IMG/VR virus record: IMGVR_UViG_3300023179_004149
Location: 256,935-320,934 of that record
DNA length: 64,000 nucleotides
Reading direction: 5' to 3' (one strand)
The first letter of the stretch is position 1. Each line of letters starts with the position of its first letter. The translations under genes and the position numbers were made by a program. The notes beneath the pieces are model-generated. The model was not told the origin of the DNA, did no database searches, and saw nothing but the letters and a program-made list of their open reading frames with translations. Below, in pieces: positions 1 through 10,509 of this stretch.

Positions 1-30
1 TGGCGCTGAATACATTTTAAATAAATTCAA

Positions 31-546
31 ATGAATGCAAATCCTATTGTTGACGTTATAGAATTCATAGCCCCATACGAAGATGAATTATACGTTCTCT
101 TTCTGGGTGACTCACATCTTCCAGATGATGTAAATAAACTCAAAAAACAAATTAAAAAAACTAGGAAATCTTTACCTGGTTCACTACCCAATGTTAACTT
201 CGCCGAATTCACAACATCTGAGCTGTTCAGAAATAAAGCTAAAGAATATCTGGATTCAGAATGCTGCCTAATCATATTTGATTCTGAATTCTCCCAAAAC
301 ATAATTCAATATATCACCAATAAACTATCCGATGAAATGGAAGGTATGCTCATCAACAAATTCATCCTCCAAGCACCACAAGAAAAATTTATATTCGATC
401 TGCATTCAGTCGATGATGATACACTGAATGCTTTAGTCAACATCCTCGATCAAAAAACAACCGTATTCAACTACTACGTTAGCGGTGAATACCTCGGCGT
501 TTGGGTACTCGAATCTGACGAATTCAATCACCCTCTCTCACCTTGA
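31..546 (+). CDS. hypothetical protein
   Basis: 171-aa ORF followed by a terminator-like hairpin; converges on the minus-strand gene block. Confidence 0.7.
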   Translation: MNANPIVDVIEFIAPYEDELYVLFLGDSHLPDDVNKLKKQIKKTRKSLPGSLPNVNFAEFTTSELFRNKAKEYLDSECCLIIFDSEFSQNIIQYITNKLSDEMEGMLINKFILQAPQEKFIFDLHSVDDDTLNALVNILDQKTTVFNYYVSGEYLGVWVLESDEFNHPLSP

Positions 547-570
547 ATACATACCGCTTAGAATTCATAC

Positions 571-604
571 AACCCCATCCAGGATACGATGGGGTTTAAT
601 TTTT
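571..604 (+). terminator. intrinsic terminator
   Basis: AACCCCATC/GATGGGGTT 9-bp stem (571-579/588-596) followed by a T-rich tract. Confidence 0.6.
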
Positions 605-926
605 ATATACGAATTCAACCATCGTATCCCCATTTTTAAAAATTTTATAAAAAACATATATAAAATAGATAAATAGGTCAATATTTTTTATTATATTTTT
701 TGGTTTAAATTTCTGAATTCTGGCTATGGTTTTTATATGAATTCTGTGTGAAAAAGTGGGTAAAAGTGGGGAATTGTGTATGTATTCAAATCCTTGCTGG
801 TGGCTGCATTCAGGTTGTATTCATAGCGAGGTTGCATTCAGAACTCTAGGATCCCATGTGGGAGCGGCTTGCCGCCGATTTAAGGGTAGCATAAATCTCG
901 GTGGTTGTTATATTACACACCTATTA
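605..926. other. non-coding convergence zone, candidate replication origin or terminus-related region
   Basis: very AT-rich core at 631-712, GAATTC cluster, GC-skew inversion, GTG repeats at 10-nt spacing. Confidence 0.35.
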
Positions 927-1391
927 TCATCTGTTAAATGGTAGCGGTTTAGTTATAAATCTTGTGATTCGGTTAATTAAGAATGTTGCTGGTCTCGGAG
1001 GTAGTACTTCTACTACGAAGTGTTTACTGGGTTTCGCATAGGGTAGGTATTCGAGGGTATTTGGGTTTATTTCCAGGGAGTATTTTTGTTGAGCTATTAT
1101 ATATGTTAATTTGGTATTAGTATCTGTTACATCTAACCATTCTTCATAATAGATCTGGTTATCTATTTGTAATATGATATGGTGAGAGGTATGGGTGATG
1201 GGTATGTTTAGTTGGTGGGAGAGTGGGTAATTGTCTATGAGTGTATTAAGGTTTTTGAAGTGTTGTTTTGTTTTTAGGTTAATAATGGTGGATTCGTGTT
1301 TTTGGTTGGATTGGTGAAATGATATGAAGAGGTGATCTGTAGATATGATGAATTTGGGGTCTGTTAGTTTGAGATATTGTTTGATGTTCAT
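927..1391 (-). CDS. paralogue family A protein (MxxxQYL... family)
   Basis: MNIKQYLKL, IINLKTK, PLSHQLNIPIT and IYYEEWL motifs shared with neighbours. Confidence 0.75.
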   Translation of the reverse strand: MNIKQYLKLTDPKFIISTDHLFISFHQSNQKHESTIINLKTKQHFKNLNTLIDNYPLSHQLNIPITHTSHHIILQIDNQIYYEEWLDVTDTNTKLTYIIAQQKYSLEINPNTLEYLPYAKPSKHFVVEVLPPRPATFLINRITRFITKPLPFNR

Positions 1392-1394
1392 ATA

Positions 1395-1808
1395 TTAATC
1401 ATTAAATATTAGGTTATACTTATCGGTGGTTGCGATATCATGTATGACGTTGGTAAGATGAAGTGGGTGAGCTATCATGGCTCGGGTTTCGTATTTTCTG
1501 AGTTTGATGAATGTGTTGGTGATTTCGTGTTTTATTGGGAAGAGCCATTCTAGGTATACTAAGGTTGAATTTACTTTAATAGTAAGGACAGTTAGACTTC
1601 CGTTTAGGTCAGGTGGTATAGTGATTGGGTGTTTAATTTGTCTGGATAGGGGTAGTTTTGGATTTAGTTTAAGGTTTGTGATGATATGTTTTGTTTTTGT
1701 GTTGATGAGTGTATTTGGATAGAAGTAGTAGTCATCGAATGATAAATTGATGACGTGTGTTTGGTCGAGTCGCAGATATTGTAGTAGTGTTGAGTTAGCT
1801 GTTATCAT
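1395..1808 (-). CDS. paralogue family A protein
   Basis: TLLQYLRL, LINTKTK, PLSRQIKHPIT, VYLEWL. Confidence 0.75.
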   Translation of the reverse strand: MITANSTLLQYLRLDQTHVINLSFDDYYFYPNTLINTKTKHIITNLKLNPKLPLSRQIKHPITIPPDLNGSLTVLTIKVNSTLVYLEWLFPIKHEITNTFIKLRKYETRAMIAHPLHLTNVIHDIATTDKYNLIFND

Positions 1809-2286
1809 TGTTATTTAATATTATTGGGATCCTGCTCATATCGATAATGTTACCTGTGGGTATTAGGGAGTCGGTGAGGTATTCAGTTAATGATATTTTA
1901 AAGAGTAGGATCTCGCGTATGATTAGGTCCAATCTTCCATCATGTAACATTTGTTCTAGTTCATTTGTTGGGATTGGGTGTAATTGTACTCTTAGGACAT
2001 GTTCGTATTTCAATCCAAAGGGTAAATAGTAGTCGATGAGTTCATATATTTCTTGGTAAACGATTTGGTTATTGAGTGTTAGAGTGTTATTATAGTCTGT
2101 GGTGATGGGTAATTTGAAGTAGTTGGCGAGGGAAGTGTTTTGGGTTGGGATGTTTGGGTTGGTGACAATTTTTCTGTTATGTAGGGTCATGACGAGTTCT
2201 TCACCCATATGGTGTCGGATGAAGAGGTGTTCGTTTGATATGATGAAGAATTCTTCATTTATATTGAGGTATTCTTTGATGGTCAT
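1795..2286 (-). CDS. paralogue family A protein
   Basis: MTIKEYLNI, IISNEHLFI, SLANYFKLPIT, IVYQE. Confidence 0.75.
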   Translation of the reverse strand: MTIKEYLNINEEFFIISNEHLFIRHHMGEELVMTLHNRKIVTNPNIPTQNTSLANYFKLPITTDYNNTLTLNNQIVYQEIYELIDYYLPFGLKYEHVLRVQLHPIPTNELEQMLHDGRLDLIIREILLFKISLTEYLTDSLIPTGNIIDMSRIPIILNNNDNS

Positions 2287-2392
2287 GTTAATTTCGTTTT
2301 GCCAGTATGGGGGGTTATCTTTATTAAGGTCATCGAATGGTAGGTGTACCAGGGGACCTTCTGATTGTTATTTAAGGTAATTGAAGAATTCT

Positions 2393-2971
2393 TCATCTTA
2401 ATCTTTCATAACATCTAACGTTTTTTATGATTTTTTCTGTTTCGGGTAGATTTGTTGGGTGTATTATTTTGAATGATTGGTGTTCATGATCTCGTTCAAA
2501 GATGATTCCATTGGAGTCTATTATTTTCTTTATCCATTTTTCGGTTTCGTTCCAGATTATTTTTTGCCATTTGGTATCTTTATTTTTTATGGTTTTTTCG
2601 AATATGATAATTTGGTCATCGAATTGTTTGCCTGTTTTTCTTGTTTTATATAGTTTTATTTTTGTTTGGTTGGTATAAAGATATTTGATTATTTGGCATT
2701 GAATTTTTTTATTTAAGTTGGATGTGAGCCAGCCGATTAGTTCTTCCGTTTCCAAGTAAGATTTTATAAGGTGATTATTTTCATTTGTTTCTTGGAAGAT
2801 ATATAGTGTTTCGTTTATGTTTAATTGTGGTCTGAGTGGTTTGGTGTAATCGAGGGTGATTCGTTCCTTTGTTACGAGGTTAAGGACGATATCGTTATGT
2901 ATAAAGAAATGTTCGGGACTTGTTTTGAGGTATGTGTTTGGGTGTACCTTAATTAGCTGTGCGAGTGTCAT
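2393..2971 (-). CDS. paralogue family A protein (divergent)
   Basis: MTLAQLIKV, EHFFI, VLNLVTK, PLRPQLNI. Confidence 0.65.
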   Translation of the reverse strand: MTLAQLIKVHPNTYLKTSPEHFFIHNDIVLNLVTKERITLDYTKPLRPQLNINETLYIFQETNENNHLIKSYLETEELIGWLTSNLNKKIQCQIIKYLYTNQTKIKLYKTRKTGKQFDDQIIIFEKTIKNKDTKWQKIIWNETEKWIKKIIDSNGIIFERDHEHQSFKIIHPTNLPETEKIIKNVRCYERLR

Positions 2972-2983
2972 AGTTGTATTTCT

Positions 2984-3478
2984 TTATTGTAGCGGTTCAA
3001 CGATTTCTCCGTATTTTGCCAGGTCGAATTTGGATCCGTCTGGGTATATGGTATTAAAGTGTTGGGTCATTAGCAGTTTTTCTATTGGTTCTGTGTCGAA
3101 ATAATTTTTTTGGTGTGGGTGGAATTGCCATAGGAGTATGAGGCCTGTTATTTTTATTATACAGGGTTGACCTTTTATGGGTGTGGCCACAAATCTGTTT
3201 GGTTTTTCTATGATATGTTCGGTATATATTAGTGTACCTTGTTTATCCTTGATGATTAGTTGTGGTATTTCGTGGTTTTCTGGTATTGGTGTAGTGATAA
3301 GAACGACTGGTATTTTTAGAAGTTCTGAAAGTGATTGTGATCTGGTTGTTAGTTTGGCTGAGACATTATCCACCAGGTGTTTACGTTTAAACATAACGAG
3401 TTTATCACCGTAAGCGTAGAAGCTGTCGGTGATAAGGTTAAAATCTGGCGTTATGTTTAGGTATTGGTAGAGTGTCAT
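2984..3478 (-). CDS. paralogue family A protein
   Basis: MTLYQYLNI start (ATG 3478), SLSELLKIPV, LIYTEHI. Confidence 0.7.
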   Translation of the reverse strand: MTLYQYLNITPDFNLITDSFYAYGDKLVMFKRKHLVDNVSAKLTTRSQSLSELLKIPVVLITTPIPENHEIPQLIIKDKQGTLIYTEHIIEKPNRFVATPIKGQPCIIKITGLILLWQFHPHQKNYFDTEPIEKLLMTQHFNTIYPDGSKFDLAKYGEIVEPLQ

Positions 3479-3482
3479 ACAG

Positions 3483-4091
3483 TTAATCATTTATACTTTT
3501 CCACTTAGTATATATTGGTATTTGGTTTATTGGATCGTAGGTAAACAATCTACCATTCGAGTATTTCTCTTCTATTTTCCTACCTTGTTGATCATATTTT
3601 ACTTTTACCCAGGAAAGTTTTTGTTTTTTTGTACTATAGTTGGATTTAAATATAATATCACCGTGGGTATTATATGTTATAATCTCTTTATGTTTGAGTT
3701 TGAGTTTGTAGAGATTTTCGTTGTGGTTGTACATATGTGTGGTTGTACATATTGTTGAGAACCCTTTTTTATTTTTATAGTGTTCGAAGAAAGTAATGAT
3801 TGGGTTTTCGTTTAGGTTATTATTAATATATGTTTCCATGTATATGGTTTCCCGCAAATCTTTAATAACTTTTAATACCAAAGTATCAAATTCATCCGCA
3901 AACACTTTAAAATCTGGAATCAATTTGTTATCATTTAGGAAGCGCAAAAAAGCGTAATTTGGTTTGAAGTTGGTGACAACTGATTTGTTTAATGTATCAA
4001 TGATATGATCACCTATAATGGTAAGGTGATCAGCGTTTTTTATTGTTAGATGGGTATGTTCCGATACCCTTAAATATTCTCTGAGTGTCAT
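3483..4091 (-). CDS. paralogue family A protein with YD-like C-terminal repeats
   Basis: MTLREYLRV, IIDTLNK, TIYMETY; C-terminal TYNTHG/KYDQQGR/TYDP. Confidence 0.65.
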   Translation of the reverse strand: MTLREYLRVSEHTHLTIKNADHLTIIGDHIIDTLNKSVVTNFKPNYAFLRFLNDNKLIPDFKVFADEFDTLVLKVIKDLRETIYMETYINNNLNENPIITFFEHYKNKKGFSTICTTTHMYNHNENLYKLKLKHKEIITYNTHGDIIFKSNYSTKKQKLSWVKVKYDQQGRKIEEKYSNGRLFTYDPINQIPIYTKWKSIND

Positions 4092-4092
4092 A

Positions 4093-6394
4093 TTACTTAT
4101 AATTTACTTCGTGGTAAGTTACCTTACCGTTTTTGTGTGTTCGTTTATATCTTACCCATTCGCCAGTTCTTTGACCTTTGCTGTTGAGGATATTTCCAGA
4201 TTTGACGGGTTCGTCTACGTATATGTTCTTTACTTGTGAGTAGAGGTACATAAAGAAGAGGATGATGATTGTTGTGGAGATGATTATTAGGTATACCATA
4301 TTATGGTTTTAGGTTCAGATCAGTTAATGCTTGTTTGTAGCCCATTACATAACCATCTCTTAATTCTTGATTTCCATCGTATTCAACCCAAATGTTTGAT
4401 GAGATTACTTGTTCTTTAATCATAATGGGGAACTTATTATTTGCTGTTTCTTCTATTTTATCTTCGGTGGGTATAGCTGGTTTTAGTTGTTGTTTTTGCC
4501 ATTCGGCACCCAGTTTAAACATATATTCATAATTCTGAGCATGAATGGAGAATGGGCCGCCTGATTTAGCGGCTTCTTTGGCTGCGGTTTCGAGGGTTTG
4601 TTGTTCGAAAGCTAATTGTAGATTACCTTGAAGGTCTTTTATTGGTTGATTATAGTAATCAATATCAATACCACCCTCTACAGGTGAACCACAATCGATC
4701 CATGCCTGGACTGTTTCTTTAGATAATGGTAGTGTACCTTCTATGTTAGGATATGAAGCTATTACATTTTTATCATCATCACATAGAATTACCATTTGTC
4801 TTGGCTGCCAAACGTCAGGGATATAGTTTTCGTTATCTATTCTAAACTCACCTATTGTATAAAAACCAGGGAATTTGTAATATTTAAGAATTTGATTATC
4901 TAAATTTTGGCCTTCAATATCCAAAGAAATTGTTACTATCTCTACTTTTTTTTTCATACTATTATTTTTTAATATATTTGTATTTTGTACGAATTATTGC
5001 ATCGAGTTCTCTTAATCTTGCTGAGGTTTCACTATGAAAGCTACGTTTAGATAGGGGTATTAGTTCATTATTATAGATATCTTCCAATTCTAAGTGTGTT
5101 GTAGCTTCATTAATATTACCTTCTATAGCATCGGCGTCTCTAAAGAATTTAGTTGCTATATTGGTTATAAAATAGAGAGTACAAGAGACTATTAGCGTTA
5201 AAATTATGCTTATTAGCATTAATAGTTGTAAATCTGTCATAATACATGTTTTTAGTTGACTTCGGTAAGTTTGCCATTGGCTGGGATAAATACATCACGG
5301 ATCCAATCTTTTGATATGGTTGGTAGTCCTAGAGATTGGTCGGTTGATGCCACTATTTTTTTATTGTTGAAACTTGGCCAAGATTCAACATCATCGATAG
5401 AGCACTTTCTAACTTGATTAGAGTCATCAATATACCAATCACCAGTTACGATTTGTTCATCAGTTGTGAGGTGTATATGTCGTCTTGCTGAGTAACCCAA
5501 TACGTTATCTGGCTCTCTGGAATAGCTAGGGTCATGAATAACTTGTCTTATACAAGTGATGTTTTCGCCCATTTCTTCAATCCATATTGGGGCTGATTTA
5601 TCTTTGGTTTTCAGTAAAACGATCTGAGTTTTCATATTAGAAGTGGAAGTTTTTTGTTAAACGCTCTAAAATATATTGTTTAACGTTCGGAGCCAGGAGA
5701 ATAGCCCGATCCATTCCTATGTGTTCGGTATCAAAATATCCAGTTCCTTTGCAATTTTCGCAAAAGTAATCGGGTTCATCAGAATCGTTGGTTGTACATG
5801 ACCAGCATTGTTCTTGGCGAGTTTTGGTAACATTAGGTGTAACCCCAGAAGATCTTTCATATGAGAAACTAACCCAATGTGTTGATTCTGAGTCAACACG
5901 ATAAACTATACCGATGGAATCATGTAACATGAAAACGTTACCCGTTACGAATTTTCTGTTCATATTCCTTTTTTATATAGTTCATAGAATTGTGCTAAGG
6001 TGAGCCATTCGCCATTGTACATGAATACGTCTTCGGGTTTGCAGCACTCCATAAAGCAGTAGAAGTTAATGGCATGATTGTCGTCTGATGCGGAATCGGA
6101 CGGTTTGTGCTGCCATAATTCAGTAAGCGATTTGACAACAAAACTGTCGCACTTATCATTTATAGACTGCCTAGTATCAACCGAAGCTTTTACCTCATCA
6201 AATAGCTGGTTAACAATATTCATTGCAATCCGCTTTATGCTTTCCGCGTCGTTGCCCACCCGCTTCATCTGTTCGGAGTGGTAGTACTCGGCGTACTCTT
6301 CCATAGACTTTAAAGGGTTTTCATAATATGTCACTCGCCTTTCATATTTCTGGTTTAACCACTCATGTGCGGTCATTATCTTAATGTTGTTCAT
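4093..6394 (-). other. block of six small hypothetical CDSs (4093-4299, 4301-4957, 4962-5240, 5252-5635, 5637-5963 with CxxC..CxxCxGxG Zn finger, 5960-6394)
   Basis: tightly packed ORFs with 1-11 nt gaps or overlaps. Confidence 0.7.
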
Positions 6395-6463
6395 TTGTTT
6401 TACGATTTAGATTACAAAAATATGGAGAATCTTTCGATTCTCCAAGAGTCAGAACTTATATTT

Positions 6464-7351
6464 TTATATACCAACCATTTGTTTAAATTTGGCCATTTGT
6501 TTTTCGACCGAATTATTACCAATATCTTGTTGGGGCGTTGCCTTAAAGAATGTTTCCAGGTCGGCATCTGAGTATTTTAGTTTTATGTGATCGATGTATT
6601 TGGATCTGGCTTCTTTGGTAGAGAAGATTAAATCTTTTTCCCAATTTTTGTGCAGATACTGACTTGCGAATATGGTAACGCAAACGCCCGAGGTAATACC
6701 GTAAATTTTTTGTCCTGGGTCTGTAATTGTAACACCATCATACGTGATTAATTTGAAACGGTTATTTTCCTGATATTCTTTTGCTTTTTCATAGGATGAA
6801 AAGTAGTTAAGGGTTTCGGATTTTTTATGCATTCCGCTTTCCGTGTTTTTGTATATGTCGCCAGACTGATCTACGAACCAATAAGTGTCACCCAGTTTGA
6901 TTTCCACACCATCACTGGTTATGAAATAGGTTTTGTTTTTACGAACATATTGATCTCTGGCTTCTTTGGATGAGAAGATTTTCCACCCGTGTCCTGTATA
7001 ACTATTATTGATGTTTACTAGCTGACCACAAATTAGGGTACTCATATCAGTAAAATGATTCCAACACCAGCAAAGTGAGTTTGGGTAGATTGGTACACCA
7101 TCTTCGGAAGTGAATAAGGGCTGATTAGCCTCTATAAAGTCGCTGGCTTGTACAAAGATGTAACCACTTTCTGTTGGGTGTACTATTTCGCAGTTTTGTG
7201 CAGAAAGGATAACTATTTCATTCCAAGAATTGACAACCAGAGTAACCTTGACTCCGAGTATATCTCTCACCTTAAGTGCTTGTGCTTGGTTATGACACAT
7301 GATGCCTACACGGTCTTTGTTTTTTCTGATTTCTTTTAGATTGAGATTCAT
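6464..7351 (-). CDS. hypothetical protein with three internal ~55-aa repeats
   Basis: three copies of T.DGV.I ... FS[ST].E ... Y; own promoter at 7369. Confidence 0.75.
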   Translation of the reverse strand: MNLNLKEIRKNKDRVGIMCHNQAQALKVRDILGVKVTLVVNSWNEIVILSAQNCEIVHPTESGYIFVQASDFIEANQPLFTSEDGVPIYPNSLCWCWNHFTDMSTLICGQLVNINNSYTGHGWKIFSSKEARDQYVRKNKTYFITSDGVEIKLGDTYWFVDQSGDIYKNTESGMHKKSETLNYFSSYEKAKEYQENNRFKLITYDGVTITDPGQKIYGITSGVCVTIFASQYLHKNWEKDLIFSTKEARSKYIDHIKLKYSDADLETFFKATPQQDIGNNSVEKQMAKFKQMVGI

Positions 7352-7403
7352 TGTTTCTTTTTTTTTTACAAAGGTAAGTAAAAGTTTTTATTTTACCAAA
7401 TAA

Positions 7404-7664
7404 TTATAACCATTTGGGTGGTTCTTTTCTTAATTGTGAGCCAATGTATTTTCGCAATCGGTTGACTAATGTTGATCCAACACTTATGAGCCAGAAGATT
7501 ACAGTTGACCATGTTAAAAATAGGCTTAGGGCCAGACACTCCATTACGGACTCCCAGGTTTGTGGTGTAAAGTCTTTTCTATGTTTACGTCTAAGGATTA
7601 TAAAAGAGATCAGTACACCACTGAAGTAAGAAAGGAGTATATGTGTTAGTGTTACGTGTACCAT
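7404..7664 (-). CDS. small membrane protein
   Basis: two hydrophobic segments. Confidence 0.6.
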   Translation of the reverse strand: MVHVTLTHILLSYFSGVLISFIILRRKHRKDFTPQTWESVMECLALSLFLTWSTVIFWLISVGSTLVNRLRKYIGSQLRKEPPKWL

Positions 7665-7764
7665 ACTTTTTTGTGTTGGTTATGAATTTGTTTATCTTTT
7701 CGGTTTAGGTGACCTTCTTTTCTTAGGCGTTCGATAAATCTATTGCAAGGGTTGTAATTACAAG

Positions 7765-7855
7765 TGAGTTGTTGGGAGGGCGGTTGACCCGACCTTCGTG
7801 AGCCTGTAAGATCCGCTTTTTACGGGACCTCCCAACAACTCATCTTATGTTTAAG
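7765..7855 (-). ncRNA. candidate structured small RNA or leader
   Basis: perfect 15-bp stem 7765-7779/7828-7842 enclosing GCGG/CCGC and GATCTT/AAGGTC helices; directly downstream of a TATCTTTG promoter box (7861-7868). Confidence 0.5.
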
Positions 7856-7974
7856 CATCACAAAGATAGACAAATAAAATCAAACAGCAAAATCTTTTTT
7901 AGACGCATTTCCAATATTGTAAATTATGCTTTAATATGGTGGGAGTCTGGGTTCAAAAGATTTTGGATTTGTTA

Positions 7975-9835
7975 TTATTCGAATTTTAATGAGTTAATGA
8001 TGATTATTTGGTAACGGCTGTGGCCAGATGAATTTTCCAGTTCAGATATAAACGCTTCATAATTATGGATGGCGGTGGCAGTGGTTTCGGTTTTTTCTTG
8101 TACGAAGAAACACTGAGTCTGGTAATCGTTTGATTGCCCGTTTACCAACAAATACGTAACATGATATAAAACTGTTTTCATTTGTATTGATTTTTAGTAA
8201 AGATAGGGTGAATTTTACAATTCACCAAATTTATTTCGTGTAATTTATTTCCACCGCCGATAGTGCCACTTCATTGCTAACAGTATGGCCTCTTAATAAG
8301 TTAACAAATTCTTGGTTTTCTTCCGACAGGTTGTTATACCATTGGCAAGCACGTTCAAGTTTGGCTCCTTGTTCCTTTTCCCATCGTTGATACTCTGATA
8401 GGGTTTCCACCAGATCGTATGTAAAGGCGTTTAGAGCCCCAAATTTCTCGACTTGGGACAGGTATTCTAGAGTTATACCATCTCGCAGAACCTGGTCTAA
8501 TTTCGCCACACATTCGGTGAGAGGGAGGTCGTATAAATTAAAGTATTTCTTCACGGCTGCAAGCAATTGTGGCCGTGAAGTAGTTAACTTTATGTTGCTA
8601 ATTATGAACGCCATAATCATTACGAGTTATATTTCCAGATTGTGCCGATGGTTTGGCCGTTGTAGATGAGTGAACCAACGGTGATAGCTTCGCCAGTTGA
8701 GGTTGGGTGCCACTGGAGGATGCCGTTCTGTTCGAGCGCCTGGATTTCGTGGGTGTTGTCCACGTGTGGCGAGTACGGTAGCAGTTGTCCGTTGTAACGT
8801 TGGTGAATAAGGTCCAGCGCCCATAGATGTTCTGTATTGAACACCAGTTTATGATACCAATAGATGTTGGACAAGTGCTGGTGTTTTAGCTCATTTGTTT
8901 CAATTTCCCTTCCGTTAAAGGTTGTCCATGTTTCTGGGCGTTGTGTTACTTGGCGCATAGTTTTTTTATTTTGATAGTGCAAATATAGGAAGAAAAAATG
9001 AAACCACCAAATACAATCTTCGTATTAACATCTATCTATGTCGTACCAATCCATAACTTTTCTTTTAATTATATCCAACTCAACTGTGACATGATAGCTT
9101 TTGCCATACTCATCATCACCAACTAAAGTGAATAATACAGATCTCGAATCATTATCACCAACTAAAGTGAATAATACAGATCTCGAATCATTATCATCGA
9201 TATCGTCGATGGTTGTAATGTCAAAGTATACCGATTCTCCGTTATCCTTAAACAACTCCCACACTTTAATACCGTTAATTTCCGCGTCGACTTCTTTTTC
9301 CAGGACGTTGTAAATTATTTCACGTATTGTTTCCATATTATTTAATGTATGATTTTGCTTTTTGTAGTTTCTCTATGATCTCATCAATCACAGCTGGTGT
9401 GGTTTGGGGGTCTGGTTCATAGATAAGAACCATATCATCCTGGATGTCTTGCATCAGGTTGATATATAGTTTATCTTCGGTTTTGCTGAACTTATGGGTT
9501 AGTAGCCATTCTTTTAAGAGATTATTTACGATATTATCAGTGCCATCGCCCTCAACGGGTTCATCAAAGCCCGACCAAACCCTATCGGGGGTAATGCATA
9601 TGCTAAAACTTACTTCTTCATTCCGACTCCAATTGTTCCAGAACGTATGGCCATTTAAGACATAAGTTAATACATCGTTTCGGTTTTCGAGTTTTTGTGA
9701 TTCAAAAACAAACTCACCACAAAGCATGGTATCATCGAATAGATTATCATCTGATTTGCGTTGTTCGTTCAGGTAATCAATAATTTCGTTCCCGTTTATC
9801 TCGTGTAACGCACACGGTAGTGTTATCTTACTCAT
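7975..9835 (-). other. block of hypothetical CDSs (7975-8181, 8231-8620, 8620-8958, 9025-9336, 9338-9835)
   Basis: packed ORFs, two with adjacent promoters. Confidence 0.65.
9115..9192. repeat. 39-bp perfect tandem duplication (DNDSRSVLFTLVG x2)
   Basis: units 9115-9153 and 9154-9192 are identical and in frame. Confidence 0.95.
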
Positions 9836-10501
9836 CTTCTCTTTTTTCTATTGGTTCAATAAGAACATAACCTGTAACTTCTTTCATATAATCAAAGCCC
9901 AGGACATATTTTTTTTTCACGAAGTCGTAAACTATGCCAGATTGTTCAATCAGAAACGGGTTATGCGATATAACCAACACATTACATTTTTCTTTATATA
10001 CCGTGCGCCAGATGAAGTTCTGATATATGGATTGGTTTTTTAAAGATAACCCGTTATCCATTTCATCGAACACAAGGAGTGTTTTATTTGGTACTATCTT
10101 TGTTTCATGTTTCTGTAAGAACCTGACGATGTTTGATAATGATGACTCACCATGTGATAGGTGTCGGTTGGCAAACCCTCCAGATTCGATATATTCAACA
10201 GCATCAAACGATACCATGAAATCGTTGCTGTTATCCTTAACAGCATCAAAGAAGAAGATCTTGTCGTAATTGTGCTCAACTGTTATATGTTCTGCCAGCG
10301 CCTTGAAGTCAGTTTCGTGTAAGGATTTGGTAGGTCATCGTTTTTATAGCCTCTAAGAGCCTGTAAGAGCGATGATTTGCCGCAGCCATTCTCACCTACT
10401 ATGGTTACGAAACCCATAGGCTTTTTGGATATGTTACCGAAGTCGAAGACTTCTCCTTCCTTGAAGCACCTAAAGTCTTTAATTACTGTGATTTTCATCA
10501 A
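9828..10501 (-). pseudogene. ABC/AAA-type ATPase split by a 1-nt frameshift
   Basis: Walker A GENGCGKS in 10283-10501; SHGE signature, Walker B VFDEMD and ISH in 9828-10217; the frames join at GAC-CT near 10333 to read GYKNDD-PTKSLHETDFK. Confidence 0.75.
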
Positions 10502-10509
10502 TATTAAAA

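Noticed and set aside
9115-9192. CRISPR array
   Set aside because: Two abutting copies without a spacer, in frame within a CDS; no cas genes in the window
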